Source: Eledone cirrhosa
Taxonomy: Eukaryota
Direction: 5' to 3'
Assembly: GCA_964016885.1 (NCBI GenBank)
Contig: OZ024760.1
Span: forward strand, 34,410,001 to 34,474,000
Length of the DNA stretch: 64,000 nucleotides
Both the position numbers and the translations under genes were made by a program. Positions within the stretch are counted from its first letter, which is position 1. Each line of letters starts with the position of its first letter. The notes under the pieces were generated by a model. The model searched no databases and was not told the DNA's origin. It worked only from the letters and a program-made list of their open reading frames with translations. Shown piece by piece: positions 57,174-64,000 of this stretch.

Positions 57174-59681
57174 TTAATTGTAAGTTGTGATGTTGCTGTT
57201 CCACTCATATTTTCTATTTAATTTTGGTTTTAATTCTTTTATGCTTACTGCCTCTGTAATTTGCCTAAACATTGCGTCTTTTCTGTGTGTGGATTCTATT
57301 TTTATTTCTATGTTCTCTAATCTACCCCTGTGTTCTATCTTGGCATGTTGGTAGAGCACAGATGATTCTTTATTATCTTGGAGGTCTCGCCAGTGTTCAT
57401 TTATCCGTTCCCCTATACTACGAGCTGTCTCACCTATGTACACTATATTTTTGTTTCTACATTGTCCTTCAGTACATCTTACGCTATACACTACATTTCT
57501 AGTTTTACAGTTAATATGGGGGCTTATTTTACAGGTTATACATTTCTTATCTATACATGAGGGTCTTTGGAACGGGCACGTCTTGCTAATAAGTGTTTCT
57601 ACGGAGGTACCTGGTCTTTCCACTATCTTAATATTGAGATTATGTTTATTTAGGGCCCTTCTAAATTTGTAGGCTAGTTCGCCTCTAGGGGTTGCATTGA
57701 TGAACATTACACTCTGGTATTTATTGCTATCATACCATGAGTTTATTCCATTGGCCCTGTTCCTAGTTCTTTCTATTCCATTCCAAAATTTGCTCCTATA
57801 CAAGGGGCAGGTCCCATTTATGTCATTATTTACCATTTTTTCCCATTTGGTTCTGGCTCCTTTATACACTCTGATTCTATCTCTCTGATTGTAGCCAGAG
57901 AACTGCATACGGTGGATGGAGTGTTGTATGTGTCTCTCTAGTTCTTCGGGGTTGCACATGCGGGACACATTTCTCATCACCCGTACCAAATCCGCAATCA
58001 GTATGTTGATTTTGGTATGGTCCGAAATGGCCGAGTTTCGGTGGATCAGATGTTTGGAAGTCATGGGTTTGGCATAATGGGAATGGAGGATTTGTTTTTG
58101 GTTGTTAATGGTATCTAACCAGAGCTCTGTGTCTAGTACAGGTAATCGATGGTTGGGGTGTCTACTTGGGTAGTCTATAGTAACTCTAATGCTCTGGTGG
58201 ATGGAGTTTGCTATTTGCTGGATGCTTTCCATTGTGTTTTTCTCTAGTTCCTGACTGTTCTTTAGTGAGGCTGTCTTAACCACGACGTCCACATCATCTA
58301 CGTAGCGGGAGTACATCACCAGGGCCAAGCTGTCTACTAATTGTTCTTTAAGTTTTTGTTTAAGTCTACTGTCCCACCATACCATGAATAAGTTAGCTAT
58401 GTCGCCTGCAATGCTAACACCAATGGCTGCTCCTTCCTCTTGGGGATATGTTTTACCATTAAATTTGAACATATGTTCCTTAAGGGTTAATTTTATGCTG
58501 GCCCCCACCGCATGTGCAATCATCTTCTTCAGTTCATCGTGGTTTACGGGTGTACGTATGGCTCTGGTCCACCCGCTCCATCTATCTGTGTGGGTTTTCT
58601 TGGCCATTGAGGTAATGGTAGGTGGTCTGCCTCTTGCTGGTCTTGTAGGGCACAGGTTGCTAAGGCCACAAGTGTCTAGGTAACTATTACTATGGGTAAG
58701 CTTAAGTAGAAGTCCCAGCTCACTGGTAACAATCCCACGGAACTCAACCTTGCTCTCGCCGATCATTTCTACGCATTTCTCCACAGCAAAATCCACGTCA
58801 ACAGATGGATACAGGGACACAACATCCATACTGCCTATTATGCAGTTTGTTAGGTCCCCAGATCGGTTACCCGCGCCGATTCTGCTGAGGAGGTCCTCCG
58901 TGCTGTCACATACATCTGGGGACATCTCAATGATGGGGCGTATGATCAGGGAGAGGAAGTAGGACAGTCTGTAGTTACTAGCAATGTTAGCCCCACAGAC
59001 TGGCCGTGTTGGTGGTCCCGCGACAGGGTCCCAGCCCGTTTTATGGTCTTTTCGAAGCCCATACAACGCCGGCACGTCATTGTTCCAGGCCTGGAAGTTG
59101 TTGGCAGTCCTTCTGCTGGGCTGCACCACATTCGTCCACATCACCATATGGGCATTGAGGGCTTTTTCTCTATCCTCATACTCCTGTGGTGTTACCTCTC
59201 TTGTGTTAGTGATGTGGGGTTGTATTGCCTGGATGTAGTTTGGCAGGCTGTCAACCGACATCCTGCCAGACTTGTCTGTTGGAAAACATGCTATCTCTCC
59301 ATTACGCGAGCGCTGCATGAGCTTACACAAGCCATTTGCAGATTTTTCTCCCAGTTGCTGGGCCTCTATTCCATTATGCTTCTTGCTATACTGTTCTATA
59401 ATATTTCTAAGTTCGGATTTAGCTATACTAAATTGTGCTTCTGTTTGTTCATCGACCTGCGACGGCAACTGCGTGCGTTTGTTAAATGGCAAAGTCGTGG
59501 CGTGGACTCGTCGCAGGTCGAATGATTTATCGGAGGGGTTATAAAATGGAGAGTTCCAGGCTGCTGCTTTATGTGTACTAGTGCTATTATTATTGTTAGT
59601 TGTGTTGTTTCTATTTCTATTTCCACCAACAGCCTCATGGTTGTTTCTATGTCTCTCATAATTACTCCTGTCTCTTTCCAC
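57174..59681 (-). CDS. Penelope-type reverse transcriptase + GIY-YIG endonuclease (835-aa open frame; true N-terminus probably upstream)
   Basis: 'PTDKSG', 'LYGLRKDHK', 'TRPV', 'SMDVVSLYPSV', 'GAAIG', 'RYVDD', 'LPVLD', CxxxxCxxC, 'VVYSVRC..C..YIGET'. Confidence 0.9.
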   Translation of the reverse strand: MERDRSNYERHRNNHEAVGGNRNRNNTTNNNNSTSTHKAAAWNSPFYNPSDKSFDLRRVHATTLPFNKRTQLPSQVDEQTEAQFSIAKSELRNIIEQYSKKHNGIEAQQLGEKSANGLCKLMQRSRNGEIACFPTDKSGRMSVDSLPNYIQAIQPHITNTREVTPQEYEDREKALNAHMVMWTNVVQPSRRTANNFQAWNNDVPALYGLRKDHKTGWDPVAGPPTRPVCGANIASNYRLSYFLSLIIRPIIEMSPDVCDSTEDLLSRIGAGNRSGDLTNCIIGSMDVVSLYPSVDVDFAVEKCVEMIGESKVEFRGIVTSELGLLLKLTHSNSYLDTCGLSNLCPTRPARGRPPTITSMAKKTHTDRWSGWTRAIRTPVNHDELKKMIAHAVGASIKLTLKEHMFKFNGKTYPQEEGAAIGVSIAGDIANLFMVWWDSRLKQKLKEQLVDSLALVMYSRYVDDVDVVVKTASLKNSQELEKNTMESIQQIANSIHQSIRVTIDYPSRHPNHRLPVLDTELWLDTINNQKQILHSHYAKPMTSKHLIHRNSAISDHTKINILIADLVRVMRNVSRMCNPEELERHIQHSIHRMQFSGYNQRDRIRVYKGARTKWEKMVNNDINGTCPLYRSKFWNGIERTRNRANGINSWYDSNKYQSVMFINATPRGELAYKFRRALNKHNLNIKIVERPGTSVETLISKTCPFQRPSCIDKKCITCKISPHINCKTRNVVYSVRCTEGQCRNKNIVYIGETARSIGERINEHWRDLQDNKESSVLYQHAKIEHRGRLENIEIKIESTHRKDAMFRQITEAVSIKELKPKLNRKYEWNSNITTYN

Positions 59682-60320
59682 TGGCTCAATGTTGTTATCT
59701 ACCCTATTTTGTGTGTCTGTGTGTTCGTCTTGGTTATTCTCTTTGTCCTTAGTCTCCCATCTCCTTTTCCTTTTAATCCTATTACTTTCTCTTATTTCTC
59801 TGATTTCTGTGCTACTGTCATTACTTGTTTTCTGTGTCTGTGTTTGTTAAGATTGTGGTGGTGGTGAGAGGCATTGAATGCGTGTGTGTTGTTGTTGTTG
59901 ATGTGTGTTGTTGTCTCCGTGTGTGTTATCGTTGTTGTGTGTGTTGTTATTGTTGTTTGTGTCTGCGTGTCTGTTGTTGTATCTGGGTATGTTGCTATTG
60001 TTGTTGTTGTTGATGTGTGTGTTGTTGTTATTGTTGTCTCCGTGTGTGTTATCGTTGTTGTGTGTGTTGTTATTGTTGTTGTATCTGGGTATGTTGCTAT
60101 TGTTGTTGTTGTTGATGTGTGTGTTGTTGTTATTGTTGTTTGTGTCTGTGTGTCTGTTGTTGTTGGGATGTGTGTTGTATATGTGTGTGCGTATATTGTT
60201 GCTTTTGTTTTTGATGCTCCAGCGTAGTTTTGTAAATGATTTTTCTATTTCTGACAGACAACTAATCATATTTACCTTCTTGAATGTCGCAAATTTCGTT
60301 GTTGAACTCTTCTGATAATG

Positions 60321-60382
<62 letters not shown>

Positions 60383-60391
60383 ATATATATG

Positions 60392-60604
<213 letters not shown>

Positions 60605-60681
60605 GTATAAAGAAAAAGAGATGAAATCGAAAATGCAACTGAAGTCTTATTTTTTTTTTAAATATATATATTTATTTGGTT

Positions 60682-60719
60682 CCTTTACCGGTTTCGCAGT
60701 TCTTCTGCTTTTCAAAAGG
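60682..60719 (-). ncRNA. Minimal hammerhead ribozyme, U3-A8 core variant (family I)
   Basis: cctt-TTGAAAA-gcag aagaa ctgc-GAAA-ccgg-TA-aagg. Palindrome ACCGGT; AATAAA follows. Confidence 0.8.
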
Positions 60720-61260
60720 TGAGTTGAGATGGAGGGTCTGTGGTTTTTCTCACATCTGGTTGGTCTCTAAATGTTACTTGTTTTATATGGAAAAAGTGGC
60801 TCGAAAGCCAGGTTTTTCGAGAAGTAATTTGATTGGTTTTTCAATAATTATAATAAATTTCGCGCCAGTTCGCGTTACAATAGTTCTTCAAATAAGAGAG
60901 GGGGGGTTGTCACAGGTTGTTTTTTCAAATATGAGTGTTTGAATTTCTTTTTACTTGAAAAAAGGAGGCTCACGAAGGCTTTTTTTTGGTTGGTTATAAA
61001 TGAAATTTGGCTGTCATGTGAACAAGTTTTCATTACATTTTTGCGCCCTTATTTGGAAAACTATTCTGTAGTCTTTATAGTGAATGTTATGACAATGGAG
61101 AGATAGTGGTCAAGGGAAAAGGGATTGGGAGAAATGTTCTGGTTCAGTGAATATGGCCAGCTGTCAGAGTTCAGGTGTCAGAGTTCAGATTTTCTATTGA
61201 GACTGAAGATATGTGTTTATTTGTGTGCTTGTGTGTGTGTGTGTGTATGTGTGTATTGGA

Positions 61261-61877
61261 AGATGATTCTATTAGTAGAGATGGGGGAGGGAGTTGTGTG
61301 TGTGTGTATATGGTTGTTATGTGTGTGTGTGCGAGTATGTTAAGATGGAGAGAATATATATTTTGTGTGTGTGTGTATATATATATGTGTGTAGGAAAGT
61401 GGTTCTATTAGTAGAAATGGGGAGGGAGTTGTAGGTGTGGGGGTTGTTATGTGTGTGTATGGGTGTTATGTGTGTGGGAGTATGGTTAGCATGTTAAGAT
61501 GAAGAGAATTATATATATATATATATATTGTGTGTGTGTGTATGTGTGTGTGTAGGAAAGTGATTCCTTTAGTAGGAAGATGATTCTATTAGTAGAGATG
61601 GGGGAGGGAGTTGTGTGTGTGTGTATATGGGTGTTATGTGTGTGTGTGCGAGTATGTTAAGATGGAGAGAATATATATTTTGTGTGTGTGTATATATATG
61701 TGTGTAGGAAAGTGGTTCTATTAGTAGAAATGGGGAGGGAGTTGTAGGTGTGGGGGTTGTTATGTGTGTGTATGGGTGTTATGTGTGTGGGAGTATGGTT
61801 AGCATGTTAAGATGAAGAGAATATATATATATATATATATTGTGTGTGTGTAGGAAAGTGATTCCTTTAGTAGGAAT
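61261..61877. repeat. ~317-bp tandem duplication inside the PLE 3' UTR
   Basis: 'agatgattctattagtagagatggggg' at 61261 and 61578. Confidence 0.88.
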
Positions 61878-62037
61878 ATTTTTGAATGAACATATTTTCC
61901 TGACTTTTTCGTGTTTGCTGTTGTATTGCCAGTGCAAACGTATGTTAAGGTTTATTTAGTTCGGGTTTTTATTTTCTAAAGTAGAAGGTGTTATGTGTGT
62001 GTGTGTATGTCATATTGTGGTGTTGACATAATGTATA

Positions 62038-63916
62038 TTAAACCTTATTTAATGTTAGTCTATATTTTTGAATAAACATATTTTCCTTATTTATTCGCAT
62101 TTGTTCTGTTGTATTGTTAGCGCAAAGGTAAAATGGGAAGACTTGGAATTTGGGTGTCTTATTACTTGCGCAAATGTCTAGATGTGCACTTAGTGGTATC
62201 TGTCTCGTGGTTGGATCTCGTAATTGTTGGCGATGAACTGTCATTCTGTTTCTGAGTGTGAGTTTAGTTTGTCCTATATAATCTTCATTGCATCCTTTAC
62301 ATTTAATGGCATAAATTAAATTTTTTGATGAGCAAGTGAAGTGATTTTTTACAGTAAAATTTTGTCCTGATTTAAATGTATACGTGTTGCCTTCAATGAG
62401 GTGAGTGCAGGTTCCACAATTAGAGCGACCACATTTTTTGATACTTGGTTGTGGGTTTGTGGTAGGTAATTTGGCATTGGTGAGTAATGTTTTCAGTGAT
62501 TTTGGTTGTCTTTTGCTTTTGATTATTTTGTGTGTTTCAAGGGCTTTTTTCATTCTTGGGTTTTGTTTTAGTAGTGGGATGTTATTGTGAATAGTGTTGT
62601 AAGCTTCCGCATTTTTTGGGTTGTGTGTTGAGATATATGATAGAATATTGGACGTACCTTGAATTTGTTTCTGTTTCCGTAATTCATCAATGCCTATTGC
62701 TTTAGCCCTTTCTATTCCATTATTTATTAGTAATAGTGGGTACTCTCTCTCAAGTAGAATTTCCTTTAATTCTTGAAGTCTTTTATTTCGCGTTTCATAA
62801 TTGGAGACAATTGTGCAAATTCTTCTTGCTAGGTTAAAAGGAATGTTCGTCTTCGTGTGCTTTGGATGGTTGGAGGTGAATAGCAGATATTGTTTGGAAT
62901 CTGTTGGTTTGTAGTGTATGTCAGTTTCGATATTTGTGTCTTTTTTTGTGATTAAGATGTCCAGAAATGGGAGTTGATCTTGGCTGTATTCCATTGTGAA
63001 TTGGATGTGGTTATTGATGCCGTTTATTAAGTTTTTGAAATCCTTCAGTTGGTCGAGTGTGTGGGACCAAAGAATGAGGCAATCATCCAAGTAGCGTTTC
63101 CAATTCTCTGATAAATATTTGTGGAAGTTCAATCCGTATTTTGATTTGGACTGTTCATATATCTGGACTTCTAAGTATGCCATGACTAAGTTGGCATAAG
63201 TTGGAGCGGCTTTTGTGCCCATCGCAGTCCCCGATATTTGCTTGTAAGTATTGCCATCGAAATCAAAAAAGTTGTTCTGTAGGATGAATTTTAATCCCTC
63301 GGTGATGAAGCTTTTTTCTATTCTGTCAGGTATCTCATTGGGATATTTCTCTAGCCAGAATCCTATTGCTTCTAGTCCGTATTGGTGTGGGATCGTTGTG
63401 TAGAGATTCACTACATCGAAAGACACAATAATAGTGTCGTTGTTGACATGTTTGGGGAGGTGGTTTAAGAGGTCCAGATCGTCTCTTACAAGGCTTGGTA
63501 TGTGTTTCAGTATTGGTTTCAGTAGTATGTCTATAAAGTTGCTCAATCTTTGTGTTTCACATTGTGGGCCCGCTACAATTGGTCTTAATTTAAGGTCTGT
63601 GGGGGTATTGTGTGTTCACGCAGGCTGAGGTGGATTGTTTACAGGCATCGTTGATTATTTTACATTTGTGGATCTTCGGAAGTCCGTAAAGGTTGCTGGT
63701 TTTGTATTCAAAATTTGTTAAATAATCGCGTTCCTTTTTAGTTAGGTCTTCCTGGTATCGATAAATCAGTGTGTTTAATTTGGTCATTATTTTTGATTGC
63801 TGGTAGTTTTTTACTCTTTCATAGTAATTAGTATTTTGTAAGAGAGAGAACATAGAATTTTTATATTTTTCAGCCTCCATAATGACAACAGAACTTCCCT
63901 TGTCCGTTTCCTTCAT
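62038..63916 (-). pseudogene. PLE RT-GIY-YIG ORF split by one frameshift
   Basis: ORFs 63590-63916 and 62038-63546 are colinear and homologous to 10291-11969. Confidence 0.9.
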
Positions 63917-64000
63917 TACAATGTCCGTATTGTTTTTTAGTTCATGGATAATCTCCCATTCCCTTCGACTTGTGTTGGGTTTGGGTTTAGGTTGCGGTAG

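Larger units (their letters stand above)
56621..60323 (-). mobile_element. PLE family F (Neptune-like), long copy with 3' pseudo-LTR and HHR
   Basis: 835-aa RT + GIY-YIG ORF; upstream frame '[16 protein letters not shown]' plus an Asn-rich tract (59847-60320); both ends at (TA)n. Confidence 0.92.
60607..64000 (-). mobile_element. PLE family I (Neptune-like): RT + GIY-YIG, 1.4-kb 3' UTR and terminal HHR; 5' part runs off the window
   Basis: 'ETDKG', 'LYGLPKIHK', 'FDVVNLYT', 'GTAMG', 'RYLDD', 'LIYAIKCKGC..YIGQT'; one frameshift near 63600. Confidence 0.93.

Overview
AT-rich animal genomic DNA made up almost entirely of retroelement remains, separated by long interrupted (TA)n microsatellites. 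The repeat inventory resembles octopod cephalopods (inference only). No host gene is supportable, and the many Ile/Tyr-rich ORFs are microsatellite artefacts. Contents: RTE-clade LINEs (some with a PHD finger inside the RT region); CR1/L2-group LINEs (one near full length, with an unusual Myb/SANT-like + polyQ + CCCH ORF1); a tRNA-type SINE; and many Penelope-like elements (PLEs, RT + GIY-YIG). The most notable signal is non-coding. By eye I find 23 type-I hammerhead ribozyme (HHR) motifs in 11 sequence families, most with palindromic stem III. Several have recurrent non-canonical cores (UUGAAAA, CAGAAGA, CCGAAGA) or stem-II insertions of about 100 nt. One HHR lies in a non-coding, highly structured 467-nt monomer whose copies read across the monomer junction, i.e. 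a retrozyme/circular-RNA-like element (52942-53880). Most HHR-bearing insertions are two divergent segments whose 3' ends both run into (TA)n. All folds were assigned manually; activity and clade assignments are untested.
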